A stretch of 64,000 nt of DNA from Octopus sinensis (Eukaryota), in the NCBI RefSeq assembly GCF_006345805.1, contig NC_043009.1, forward strand, positions 55,738,001 to 55,802,000, written 5' to 3'. Shown here piece by piece: positions 51,618 to 63,423 of this stretch (positions within the stretch are counted from its first letter, which is position 1; each line of letters starts with the position of its first letter). The notes beneath the pieces are model-generated. The model was not told the origin of the DNA. It did not search any database and saw only the letters and a program-made list of their open reading frames with translations. The position numbers and the translations under genes were made by a program.

Positions 51618-51888
51618 GCGATCTTTCGTCTCTAGTAGACCTTTCCGTCGATTACACAACATACTGTCTGTCTCCCACACCCCATCAAACACACACACAT
51701 ACACACACATGTACATCAATGCTTCCTATGCACGGTAACTTCAAAAGAACTTCCCTCGTCATACAATCGCCGCTTTCTCTTAGTCTCTTTCGCTCTCATT
51801 ACTTCAAAAGTTCCCGCAAGCCCATATGTAAAAAAAAAAGTTTTTTACGGAAATCGACGGAAAGGTCTACAAGAGACGAAAGATTGCC
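51618..51888. mobile_element. MITE with ~35-bp TIRs and 8-bp TSD (hAT-like)
   Basis: TIR GGCGATCTTTCGTCTCTAGTAGACCTTTCCGTCGATT with its inverse at 51852-51888; AAAACAAA at 51610-51617 and 51889-51896. Confidence 0.8.
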
Positions 51889-51910
51889 AAAACAAAACAT
51901 TATAACTTAC

Positions 51911-51994
51911 TTTGTGATCCGAAGGATCCAAGCATTGCAAAGCATTGCAAAAATCACTCGCAATTAAACCTGCCGAACAGATTCCCCACCGCAT
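51911..51994 (-). CDS. DHDH: DHDH paralogue A, coding exon 1 of 7 (MRWGICSAGLIASDFCNALQCLDPSDHK)
   Basis: ATG at 51994; Rossmann-fold start RWGIxSAGxIxxDF typical of DHDH; GTAAGT donor at 51910; 84 nt, phase 0. Confidence 0.9.
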
Positions 51995-52293
51995 TGTTGT
52001 ATGGAGTTTTGCCAAATCAAATATTTGAAGGGGACAGAATTCGATATGATTGGTGTTCTATTTTTAGCTTCTAAGCCCCAGATAGTCGACTGTATTTGTC
52101 AAACGAAGGTGCTAAATAAGTACTGCGAGGTTAAAGCTATATATTTTTAACAGTGACTTAACAATAATATATAATATGTTATGTGTAGTTTCTTTCTACT
52201 GGGATAGACAACTCAATACGAAGCATAGATATTCTTCCACGTGTTTATTTACTTTTCGTAATACAGGAACTCGCACACTCAGCGCAGCGACAC

Positions 52294-52301
52294 CTATATA
52301 T
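52294..52301 (-). promoter_or_regulatory. Possible TATA-like element upstream of DHDH-A
   Basis: Minus strand reads GGATATATAGG followed by a CpG-containing stretch, ~300 nt upstream of the ATG; no transcript evidence. Confidence 0.2.
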
Positions 52302-52355
52302 CCTTCAGACACAGCGTAGTAATACTGTTTACTTTAAAACACAGTTCCTACTGTT

Positions 52356-52588
52356 GGCAATCTTACGGTTCTAGTAGACTTTTCCGTCGATTTCCGTAAA
52401 AAACTTTTATTTTTTACATATGGGCTTGCGGGAACTTTTGAAGTAATGAGAGCGAAAGAGACTAAGAGAAAGCGATTGTATGACGAGGGAAGTTCTTTTG
52501 AAGTTACCGTGCATAGGAAGCATTGATGTACATGTGTGTGTGCGTGTGTGTTTGATGGGGTGTGGGAGACAGAAAGTGTGTTGTGTAA
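52356..52588. mobile_element. Second copy of the 51618-51888 MITE, inverted, one TIR missing
   Basis: Reverse complement of about 51653-51888. Confidence 0.8.
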
Positions 52589-52711
52589 GTGAAGTGCTTC
52601 TGTTAGTGTGTGTGAAGAGACAGAGAGAGTAATGTGTGAAAGAGAGAGATAACTGAAATTTTTTACTCGGTTTTTGTAGTGCGTGCGTGTGTATGCATGT
52701 ATGTGTATATG

Positions 52712-54750
52712 TATACTCCAAAGAATTTGCACTCCTCTGCTTTTACCACACATTTGGCTGCATTGAGTTTGATGCCTGCTTGTCGGGTTCTCTCCATAGC
52801 TTCATGTAAATTGAAGTCATGTGTGGTCTCATCCTTGCCATGCACTTGGATGTCATCTGCTATCCCAACTGCTCCCTTGCAGCCTTGGTAGGTCTCATCT
52901 ATTTGGCGCTGGAAAACATCTTGGCTCACCTTCAATCCAAATGGGAGTCGGTTGAATCGATATCTGCCAAATGGTGTGTTGAAGGTAAGTGAGTATGGAT
53001 GACTCTTCGTCTATCTTTATATTCCAGTACCCATTACTGGCATCCAGTTTGCTGAATAATTTGGACCCAGCCAATGATGGTGTGATTTCTTCAAGGGTTG
53101 GAATTGGATGGTACTCCCTTTTTAACGCCTTGTTCAGGTCCCTTGGGTCGAGGCATATCCATAGGGTACCATTGGGTTTTTCCTTGATCACAATTGAATT
53201 TACCCAGTCTGTTGGTCGTGTCACTTTGGTGATTATTTCCTTTTTTTCCATTTTGTCCAACTCTGTCTTCAGCTTCTCTTTTAGTTCTAGAGGGACGCGG
53301 CGAGGTGGGTGAACAATTGGTCTGATATCGGGGTCGACTGTTATATGGTATCGACTTTTCACAAAGCACCCGACTGTATCGTCAAAGCATTCTGGGTACA
53401 TGCTTATCAATTCCTCTTTGTTTGTGATTGGTGGTCGGTCTTTGATAGGCGTATCACAGTCAATCCTGCTCGGAGTTGCCTTCACTTCAGCATTGACCGA
53501 CACAATATTTAACCTCCTGCAGGTATCGAGTCCAAGAATTGCTGGGCCTTCTGTTCTTGTGACATAAAATGTACACTTGATTGTTTTCCCTTTGTGTGTC
53601 CCCCTAATCGTTGTTTTCCCCAGTTGTGGAATCCTGGTACCTCCGTACGCAGTGAGGACCACATCACTTGGTGTGAGGATTCCTTTCGTGACCCTATCCT
53701 CTTCTGTCATATTTTCTGGGAACATCTTCTTGTATAAGCTGACAGGCAAGATATCACTCTGGGCCCCAGTGTCTATCTTCAGCCTTAAGTCAATGTTTAT
53801 TCTTTTCCTTCTGGCCTTCTTTTGAATTCTTATTGTTGTGTATGCCTCATTTTCTTTCTCCCGGTCGTCCTTTCCCATCTCATGCACATTTATTGTGCCG
53901 ACTGCCAAGAATTCCTCCTCCGAGGTGTTTTGTTCCTGTTGTTGTGCAAATATATCTCTTCTTCTATTTCCGCTCCTCTTTGAAAATTGGGGCTTGTATT
54001 TCTGGGATTTTGTCAACCTACACATTTTTTTCCAGTGGTTAAGTTTTCCACATGCTTTGCAGTGTGTACCGAATGCAGGACATTTTTTCCGGTTATTAAA
54101 TTCATGCTCTGTACCACAGTACTGGCATGTTCTTTGTTTGCAGTATGTTTCATCCTGTGGCTAGATACAATATCTACACTGCTGCCAAATGAGCTTGTTT
54201 GTAAGGTAAGTGAGGCCATTTGTTTGGTAGTGGCTTCGAATGCTCTTGCAGTGTCTACTGCTTCTATCAACTGGAGAGTGTCTTTCCCTATGAGGGATTT
54301 TTGTACTTCTTTGTGGGCACACCCCCATATTAATTGGTCAACAATCCTCTCCTCCTCGTCTCTGAATTTGCATTTCTCTGCAACATTCTTCAGTCTTGAC
54401 AGGAAATTGTCAATCGTCTCTTGTGGGTCTTGTTTCAGGCCCTGGAATTCGTATCTGTGAATTCTATGGTTCGACCTGGGTTCTAGGTGTCTTTCAAATT
54501 TCTCAAGAAGTGTGTCTGGGTTATTGCAATCCGCTTCTGACATGTCCCAGCTGTTGAATAGGCTTAGACCTTTTTCGACCGTCCATAAAAGGATATAGCT
54601 CACTTTTTCTTCGTCTGTTATGCCTTTCAGGAAACTTTTGAAAACTAGCTGAGTCTTCTGTTTAAATTTCTTAAACACTTCCACGATATCAATGGAGTCC
54701 CAGTTCATGGTTGGATGTAAATTCATCTGTTCACTAACAAATAGTGCCAC
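52712..54750 (-). mobile_element. Truncated Ty3/gypsy gag-protease-RT; no RNase H or integrase; no LTR recognised
   Basis: Gag with CQYCGTEH...C and CKACGKLNHWKKMC knuckles; protease KIDTGAQ; RT DWVNS, CLDPRDLNKAL, FSKLDASNGYW, GIADDI; frameshifts near 54160 and 52985. Confidence 0.9.
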
Positions 54751-56289
54751 ACGTATACACAGATATGAATGTGTAACATAATAAATTTAAAAAATATCGT
54801 TTTTAACAATATTTCCCAAAGAATATGATATTGTTTTATTTGTATATCAAATAAAAATTGTAGCGAAATGAAAGATTCTTACCTTTTTATAGTTTCGGGT
54901 TTTGAATTATCTTTTGTGAATTGACTATTTTGAATAACCGTGTGCAGCAGGAAACAAATTGTATTGTTTGTATGATTTTAGTATATGTATTGCCTAAGTA
55001 ATTCAATTTTGTTTGATTTTATATGATTTCTATTTTCTAAATAATTTTAACAGTATGAATTAAAATATTCACCATGTTATTGTTATATTTTATACAGAAA
55101 ATGGTATGAAAGAAAGGCCAGTTGCACATTCGGCACTAAATCAGCAGGAGTTTTTGCATCGCTCTCTGTTTTGATTTGGTAGTGAAATGATTATATGCTC
55201 TCGATTTTTTTTGTTTTTTTTTTAATATAAAATATCTCCGTAATTGATAAACTGGAAGATTTCTCCTGCTGTATTTCCATAATTCAAACAATGAAAATTT
55301 GCACTGATTTTATGGTTTTTGATTTAGGTACACAACCAGAAATTTTATTAGGCGGGGATTAGTCGTTGCCACTGATCCTAGTACTTTACTGACACCACTT
55401 TATTTCACCATTGACCCTGGTAGGATTTGAAACCAGGGCATAAAGAACTAGAATATTGCACAACATCTTGTCCGGCACCCATCCTCACTACCCAGAAATA
55501 TGCCAGGGAATATATAAAATATATACACATGCATGCAGATATCATTCATCCTCAAGTTCCCTTTACTGGTGCAGCTAGTCGTTGGGGTGTCACCGAAAAT
55601 GCTTTTGCAGTCAGCCGTGATCACTGGTCTGTGTCCTCTGTTATGGCTAGTGGGTTTGTGGTGTTGTGGCTGTGTAAAAACTAACACTTTTTTCCAAGCT
55701 GAGATTCGAAACTGAATGTAAGGATTCTCACTTGTCTGATCCAACGGGTGTGAAAGAAATTTCTTTGTCCTGTCAAAAAGTGATGGATGGATTTCTCTTC
55801 AACCTACCACCTGAACCATGTCATTTAAGGCTCAAGTGGACAGGAGGCGACCTACATAGGTAGAAATTACTCCTGTGGTATGTCTGTCCTTCAAACTGTC
55901 ATGACCATTATAAATACAGTCACACAATCCATCAAGGGACTGCAGATAGCCATTACCAGGCGAACTCTCTAGAGACAAGCAGACAGCCAGCAAGTAACTT
56001 GCACCAGTCAAGCAACCAACATAGAACCACATATTCAGCATGAACAACACAACACAGTAGCAGAACATAAACAGACATGACCAAATGACCAATGCACACA
56101 CAGACACAAAACATGCCCAGTGCTACCTCGTCATATTGACATAGTATTTCTCCTGTTAAATTTTTACTTCGCCAACTCGAAGCAAGTTGGTAATGTCATG
56201 TAGTGAATTTTCTGGTATATACAACACATAAATGCAAGTGTTGATTAAATAAATTATTTAAACCACAATCAAATGCTTTACCATTGTTT

Positions 56290-59100
56290 TACTTTGATAT
56301 CATCCACATACCTATTTCCCCTGCTACCTCAATGACATCTTTTGCTACAACCTGTCCAGTCCTTCATGTCAGATCAAGATTTTCTTTGCCTCTTTTTTGC
56401 CCTCCCTTAACTTTGCCCTGAAAGATTATTTTCAACAATGAGTTGTAGCAGAGTACGTTGTCATATCAGGCATGCTTTGGTCTTTTTACCTGCACAAGGA
56501 ATGGTTCTTGTCTGTCTGTGTATTTGATAACTTGCAATTTGACAAAGCTGTTTGTTTTGTGCTCTTTGTATGGAATGCATAGCAGCCTTCTGAAGCACTT
56601 GTGCTCAAATGCCTGGAGAATCCAGGCATTTTCATTGTTTGAGCACAAATCCCCTGTCAGCTGATAAACTGGAAGATTTCTCCTGCTGTAATAGATGGCT
56701 TATTTCCCTGTTTGAAACAATGAAAAACTGCACTGGTTATATGGTTTTTGATTTGGTAGTGAAATGATTATATCCTCTTGATTTTTTTTTTTTTATATAA
56801 AATATCTCCGTTATAATACCCACAGAAAACAATTGAAGTTACCAGACGCTTGTACATTTTGAATCTTGCTGGAAAACTAATGGAGTTGCTTTCCCATATG
56901 GCGTTCTCCTTTTTCATGGCTGCAGAGGGCAAACTGAGTCTTATTATTATTTTTTGAGATCTGTCATCCTTGGTCAAAGTGGATCCTGGGTACTTGAAGG
57001 TGTCCACTTCATCAAGTGCCTCTCTCTGTTCAGCATGATGGTTGCTGTGTTCTGGTTGTTACTACTACTAACCAAGATCTTTTCTGGGCTGATTTCCATC
57101 CTGTGTGCTCCTCATATTATTCCAAGTCTGTTGGTGAGTTCCTGCTTCACTGCTTCCTAACAGTTTGATATTGTTATCGAAGATGATGGGCCATCGTCCA
57201 CTGGAGACAGAGGGGTGGAAGTCTTGGAGTATCTCCTGCATGGTATTCTCTAGGAAGATGTAAACCACTGGAGAGAGGATACATCTTTGTCAAACACCCA
57301 CTCTTGTGATGAAGAACTCTCTGATGTTATTGTTCAGAAGTGCACTGTTTGAGTTTTCATACAGTGCTTGGATTATTTTGATGAAGTTGTTGAAGTTGTA
57401 ATCTTTCATCACCTACCACAACAGATCATGCCAAACTTGGTCAAAGGTCTTTTTGAAGTCAATGAAGTTGTGACAGAGGTCAGATTGGTGCTGCAGACAT
57501 TTCTCAGTGAGCAGTATGATGTTAAATATCTGCTCCACAGGACTCCTTCTGGGCCTACAAGGATTTCTTCTGTCTTCCCCTTAAGTCTATTTAGCAGAAC
57601 TCTTAGAAATACTTTGCTAGGGTAGCTAATTAGGCTGATTATTCTATAATTCTGGCAGAGTCTTAAGTTGCCTTTCTTGGGAATGGGTATCACCTGTGAT
57701 TGGACCCACTCCTTTGGTCACTGCTTCATCTCCCATATCTTCTGTTTGTGCTTTGATAAACTTTGGTCATTCATGTTTTAGGTGCTCTGATGCAATGTTA
57801 TCCACTTGTGGGAATTTTCTAGCTTTGAGCATGTGCACTACCTCTTTGTCTTTCTCCAAGAGAACTGGATTATCTCCAAGTTCTCTATTGTTGTGAAAGT
57901 TGATTTTCATGCCTGAATTTGTGATTGTAAAGTTCTTTGCGATACTAGGACTGTCTTTAGATGACATCAAGCTCATATGTAAGAAGTAGGCCTGTATTGT
58001 CCTCAATTATAGAGATGGTGTGTTTCTTCGTTTTTGTTAGAATTTTGATAGTTTCATAAGCAACCTTACTATTGCCCTTCTTTATCTCAGCTTCAAGGAT
58101 TTTTGCACTGGTCTACTATCCATTTCTCTTTGGCTTCCCTCATTTTCTTCCTAACCTTCTAATTCACATTGTTGTATTGCTGATCCATTAGGTTGGTCTT
58201 CCTCAGGTCATCTCTTAAGTCACACAGGTTCAAGATGTCACAGTGACCCATAGTTTCTTTTTACACCTTCTTCTCCCCAGAACTTTTAGAGTCAGTTCAT
58301 TAAGTGCTTTTCTAATGTCATCGGTCAGGGTGTTGATACTGTCTTCTAGAAGGTTAAGGACTGCAAACCTGTCACCCACTTTTACCTCAAATTCCTCTGT
58401 GACCTAGGGCTCTTGCAATTTGTCTGTGTCAAACCTAAAATGCATGGCTCTTTTCTTATGTATGAGTCCTTTTCAGTTTGAGCTTCATTATCATGAGGAC
58501 CAAATTCTGATCACTGTTGACATCTGCTGGGAAAGTCCTAGTCCTAGCCTTACTGATGCTGGATTTGAACTTTTGAGTTGCAAGGATGAAGTCACTTTGG
58601 CTGTGAGTCCTGTCACAAGGTGTCATGTTCTGCATGAGGTCTTGTATGGGAACAGTGTGTTGACTACAGTCAGCTTGTGAGTGCTAGCAAATTCTAGGAG
58701 TCATAGTCCCACTATCCCAGTCCATTGGTCATATGCATCCAGGCCTACCTTGGCGTTCCAGTCTCCTAGGATGATAGGGAATGTCTTTTTTTGAGAGCTG
58801 CCCTGATGGTTTTCTCCAGCTGCTCATAGAACTTGTCAACAGTATCATCATAATATTTAAGTGTTGGCGCATAGACTTGTGTGATGGTAATATTCTGTGG
58901 TGATGGGTCTGTTGGATACTGGAGAAACAGCTGATGACTGATCTCAATCTGAGATTGTTTAATGTTGAAGCCCATTCCATGTTTGTACTTGGTATCATCT
59001 TCACTGTACCACAATTTCTGGTCTTAATTTGTTGTTTTGCCAAATCCAGTCTACCTGACTTCAGCCAGGTATATACATACATACATGCACAAAACAGCTT
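56290..59100 (-). mobile_element. Degenerate RTE (BovB-like) LINE with APE endonuclease and RT remnants
   Basis: QNITITQVYAPT (APE), IPIPKKGNLRLCQNYRIISLISYPSKVFLRVLLNRL (RT), QAFEHKCFRRLLCIPYKEHKTN; many stops and frameshifts. Confidence 0.85.
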
Positions 59101-59542
59101 TTCACACAGTTTACATCTACCAAATTCACTTTCAAATCATCGGGTGGCATCAGGACCAGTTCAAGGTACTGGCAACTCAGGAAATTTCCACGACTGTCAG
59201 CTTGTACACACTGAAGTTCAGCTTGCCCGGGGTACCAGCAACCCTAGAGCCAGCCCTTGTTGGCATCAGACTGTACAGTGGGATTGAATCTGAAACCACA
59301 TGGTTGCAAACTGAGCTTTCCAACCACACATCCAAATTTTAAAAAAATACAGTGACTAAATAACACAATGCAAAAAATCTCTCATTCAATGTTTATTTCT
59401 TTCAAAGATGACAATGAATTTTTAAAGCTTTTCAAGTAAGGCTCTTACTTGAAAGTGTTGCCAAAGCTTTTCAAACTGTTTCAAAAGCTTTTTGCAAATC
59501 TTCAATGATATTATCCTCCATTTTTGCCTCTATGCAAGAAGT

Positions 59543-59646
59543 TTAAGTCTTCTGATGCTTCTCTTCAATTTGTCGTCGGGCCTCATCGATTATATTTATA
59601 ATCGACAAAGTATCAGCATGAGTGTGGCCAGGACATTCAAGTTGAC
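59543..59646 (-). CDS. DHDH: DHDH paralogue B, terminal exon (GQLECPGHTHADTLSIINIIDEARRQIEEKHQKT*)
   Basis: CTAAAAG acceptor, 104 nt ending in TAA, homologous to 41283-41386. Confidence 0.92.
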
Positions 59647-59728
59647 CTTTTAGAAAATGAAAAGAGAAATTGTAATGGAAAAAATATTAAAACAAAAATT
59701 TAGAAATTAAAAAAAAAAAATCAAGATA

Positions 59729-60161
59729 GGCGCAGGAGTGGCTGTGTGGTAAGTAGCTTGCTTACCAACCACATGGTTCCGGGTTCAGTCCCACTGCATG
59801 GCACTTTGGGCAAGTGTCTTCTGCTATAGCCTCGGGCCGACCAATGCCTTGTGAGTGGATTTGGTAGATGTAAACTGAAAGAAGCCTGTCGTATATATGT
59901 ATATATATATATATGTGTGTGTGAGTGTTTGTGTGTGTGTGTGCATGTTTGTGTGTCTGTGTTTGTCCCCCTAGTATTGCTTGACAACTGCTGCTGGTGT
60001 GTTTATGTCCCCCGTTACTTAGCAGTTCGGCAAAAGAGACCGATAGAATAAGTACCGGGCTTACAAAAGAATAAGTCCCGGGGGTCGAGTTGCTCAATTA
60101 AAGGCGGTGCTCCAGCATGGCCACAGTCAAATGACTGAAACAAGTAAAAGAGTAAAGAGTA
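59729..60161 (+). mobile_element. SINE family S1 in the last intron of DHDH-B
   Basis: GGCGCAGGAGTGGCTGTGTGGTAAG head, GGTTCAGTCCC B box, GAGTAAAAGAGTA tail. Confidence 0.88.
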
Positions 60162-61398
60162 TATTAAAATATAGAATTATTTATCATCATTTTATTGCTC
60201 ACTTTTCTATTCTTTCATTCATTCTTTCCTTTTCTTTTATTCTTTAAGTGGATTCAGCTGTTGGACTCTGGCCCTGCTGGAGCATTGTCTTAATTTATTT
60301 TCTTACAGTTTTGTTGCCACTTTATGGCCAGAAGTTGGTCTATGGTTGAGTTTGTAGCAGCTGATATTCCTTGGGTATATTCTTGCTTGAATGGTTGGCT
60401 GGGCTGGGCTGGTATCATTGTTAGGGGTTTACCAAATTTTGGGTTTTTAATGTTTCTGCAGAAGTCCCTTTTATATTTCTGATTTCTTTAGGTATATGGG
60501 TAGAGATTATTGAGGCAAATTTTCTGAAGTTGGATGCCTTTCCTGTCACTAAACCTCACCTGTTGCCATGTAATATTTCCTCATGGCCAAACATTTTTTT
60601 GCTGAATACTGGAAGCGAGTGACACTATTTGTATGACTTGTATGACAGTGATACTCATTCACAGCTATCACATGGTATCAATATACACACACTCATGATG
60701 GGCTTCTTTCAATTTCTGTCTACCAAATACACACATGTGGAGGTGCAATAGTCCAGTGGTTAGGGCAGTGGACTCGTGGTCAGAGGATCGCGGTTTCGAT
60801 TCCCAGACCGGGCGTTGTGTGTGTTTATTGAGCGAAAACACCTAAAGCTCCACAAGGCTCTGGCAGGGGGTGGTGGCAACCCCAGTTGTACTCTTTTGCT
60901 CCAACTTTCTCTCACTCTTTCTTTAGGCGAGGAAGGAAGAGTCTTGAAGATGACCCAAGGTCTGAATGTCCTGCAACTTCCACCATCAAGGAAAACATTG
61001 ATCATCTTCACTTCATGATGATGGATGACAGGCGATTGACTAATAACCAATGCTATTAGCATATCTCATGAGAGAGTTCTATAGTGAATTGACTTCCGGT
61101 GTCTATGAAGATTAATATTCTATTTCAATAAGAAAGCAGATTCTAGAAATAGCAGCTAAAGCCACCCTCCCTCGTATCACACCATCTTTCTCCTATCTTC
61201 CGACATGTGTAATGAAGGATGACATCAAACTGGATCTGTCCATGACAGCTAATAAGGAGCAATATAGCAACAACAGGTTTGCATCACTATGTACATCTAC
61301 ATACATCTCATATAAGTATTAAAAGTAGTAATACCAGTAACATGAGAAGCACCAGAATAGGAGTCACAGTAATAATGTCAGTGGTAGTAGTGGTAGTG

Positions 61399-61784
61399 TG
61401 GAGGCACAATGGCCCAGTGGTTAGGGCAGCGGACTCGCGGTCGTAGGATCGCAGTTTCGATTCCCAGACCGGGCATTGTGAGTGTTTATTGAGCGAAAAC
61501 ACCTAAAGCTCCACGAGGCTCCGGCAGGGATGGTGGTGATCCCTGCTGTACTCTTTCACCACAGCTTTCTCTCACTCTTACTTCCTGTTTCTGTTGTACC
61601 TGTATTTCAAAGGGCCAGCCTTGTCACTCTCTGTGTCAAGCTGAATATCCCCGAGAACTACGTTAAGGGTACACGTGTCTGTGGAGTGCTCAGCCACTTA
61701 CATGTTAATTTCACGAGCAGGCTGTTCCGTTGATCGGATCAACCGGAACCCTCGTCGTCGCAACTGACGGAGTGCTTCCACCAC
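61399..61784 (+). mobile_element. tRNA-Arg-like SINE, family S4, with 13-bp TSD (partial copies at 32870-33160 and 60736-60925)
   Basis: Head TGGAGGCACAATGGCCCAGTGGTTAGGGCAGCGGACTCGCGGTC; TSD AGTAGTGGTAGTG at 61386-61398 and 61785-61797. Confidence 0.85.
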
Positions 61785-61889
61785 AGTAGTGGTAGTGGCC
61801 TCAGCAGTTATCAAAATATAAGATAACGGTAATCCATTTACATAAAAGCATTCTTATTATAAAGATGATATAAGTTATCAAAGGCTTAC

Positions 61890-62040
61890 CCTTCTCTAAA
61901 CATTTGCGGACGCATTCGGCCTCATAAGATAACCCATTGCTATTGGGGTAATTAAACTGTGCTTCAGATTTGGGAAGTGGAAATTCTCTTTCTTCTCCAT
62001 TTACCTCAATTTTGGTGGTACACCAAAATGGTGAATGTAT
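61890..62040 (-). CDS. DHDH: DHDH paralogue B, exon 6 equivalent (IHSPFWCTT...NYPNSNGLSYEAECVRKCLEK)
   Basis: TTTTAACAG acceptor, GTAAGC donor, 151 nt. Confidence 0.93.
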
Positions 62041-62250
62041 CTGTTAAAATAGGAACATACAATAAATACATAAAAGTATTTTAGTTTAATTTTCCTGACT
62101 ATTTATGTTATAACTGTTGGAGCTGGTAGAATAGATTAATCAATAAATGGCATGTCATAAATTCTAAATTGATTAAGTTTAAATTTCAGATTAAGTAATT
62201 ATGAATTTAATTTTCAAATATCTTTATCTTTAAATGAAATGATTACTTAC

Positions 62251-62375
62251 ATAAATTTTGCCTTTAGTTCCATAGATATATGCATCAGTTCTTCCATTCA
62301 AAGTAGCATCAATGGACAAAGAGGCTCTGGCACCGTCCTTATAAGTCAGAATAATATTGGCAGACTGGTCAACAT
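62251..62375 (-). CDS. DHDH: DHDH paralogue B, exon 5 equivalent (DVDQSANIILTYKDGARASLSIDATLNGRTDAYIYGTKGKIY)
   Basis: AG/GT boundaries, 125 nt, near-identical to 42446-42570. Confidence 0.93.
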
Positions 62376-63173
62376 CTTTTCCAAATGAAACAATATTATT
62401 TCTTTTTTTTTTATTTTTCATTATTACACATAAATGCAACCATGACATACAAATCATTACATTCTGGAATTTATAATGAATATTGACATCATTGAGAGCC
62501 AGCGGCTGCACCAAGCTCCAATCTGATCTGGCAATGTTTCTACAGCCAGATGCCCTTCCTAATGCCAACCACTCCGAGAGTGTAGTGGGTGCTTTTTACA
62601 TGCCACCAGCACAGGAGCCAGTCAGGTAGGCCTGGCATCGATCATGTTCGGATGGTGCTTTTTACGTGGCACCGGCACAGAAGCCAGTCAGGGGGCACTG
62701 GCCACAGCTGCGATATTGGTTTTTACCAAAAAAAAAAAATAACAATAATAATAATAATAATAAATAAACCCTCTTTGTGCAGCTGTCTCATGAGGTTTGG
62801 TTTATAATTAGTAACAGGTACAGACCTCTTCACTGCAGTATAGGACTTTAAGAGCAAAAGATCATGTGAATTCAGCATTGAAAACTCAACTGGAAAAGAT
62901 TCCTTGGACACTAGCTTATATTATCTGTTGATTTTATGAAGATAGCAAATAATAACTTAAAATTCTTTTAATTATATTTATTCACTCAATTATGTGTGTG
63001 AGTTACATAGACATAGATTTATTTTACTAAGCCTCTACCCACACAAAACCATTATCGTAATTGAGTAAGGAGACAGACAAAATTAAAGAGAATAGAACTA
63101 TGTCAGAAACAGTTTCAAAATCCCTAAAATAGGTATACAAGCTATATGAAACCTTCATTAATGAGATACTTAC

Positions 63174-63423
63174 CTGTATCAGCAATTGTTCCAACAGCTG
63201 TAATTGTCTCAGGTTTCTCTCTGAATACGAAGTTTGCAAGCCATATTGTATATACACCAATATCCAATAGAGTACTACCACCTAAGGAAGGCTGAGATAC
63301 AGCATCCTTTGCAAAGATATTAACAAAGAAAGCTACATCTATGTAGCGTATCTTTCCTATGGTTCCAGACTCAATTTCTTGTCGAATGGCTGCATAGGCT
63401 GGGAAGAAGGCGGACCACAAGGC
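63174..63423 (-). CDS. DHDH: DHDH paralogue B, exon equivalent to exon 4 (ALWSAFFPAY...LGGSTLLDIGVY...IADT); upstream exons lie beyond the window
   Basis: CCTTTCAG acceptor, GTAAGT donor, 250 nt, same length and phase as the copy A exon. Confidence 0.93.

Noticed and set aside
61399-61475. tRNA-like sequences at SINE heads (also 28480, 42820-42893, 59729)
   Set aside because: A/B boxes are present but there is no complete cloverleaf, and each continues into a SINE body.
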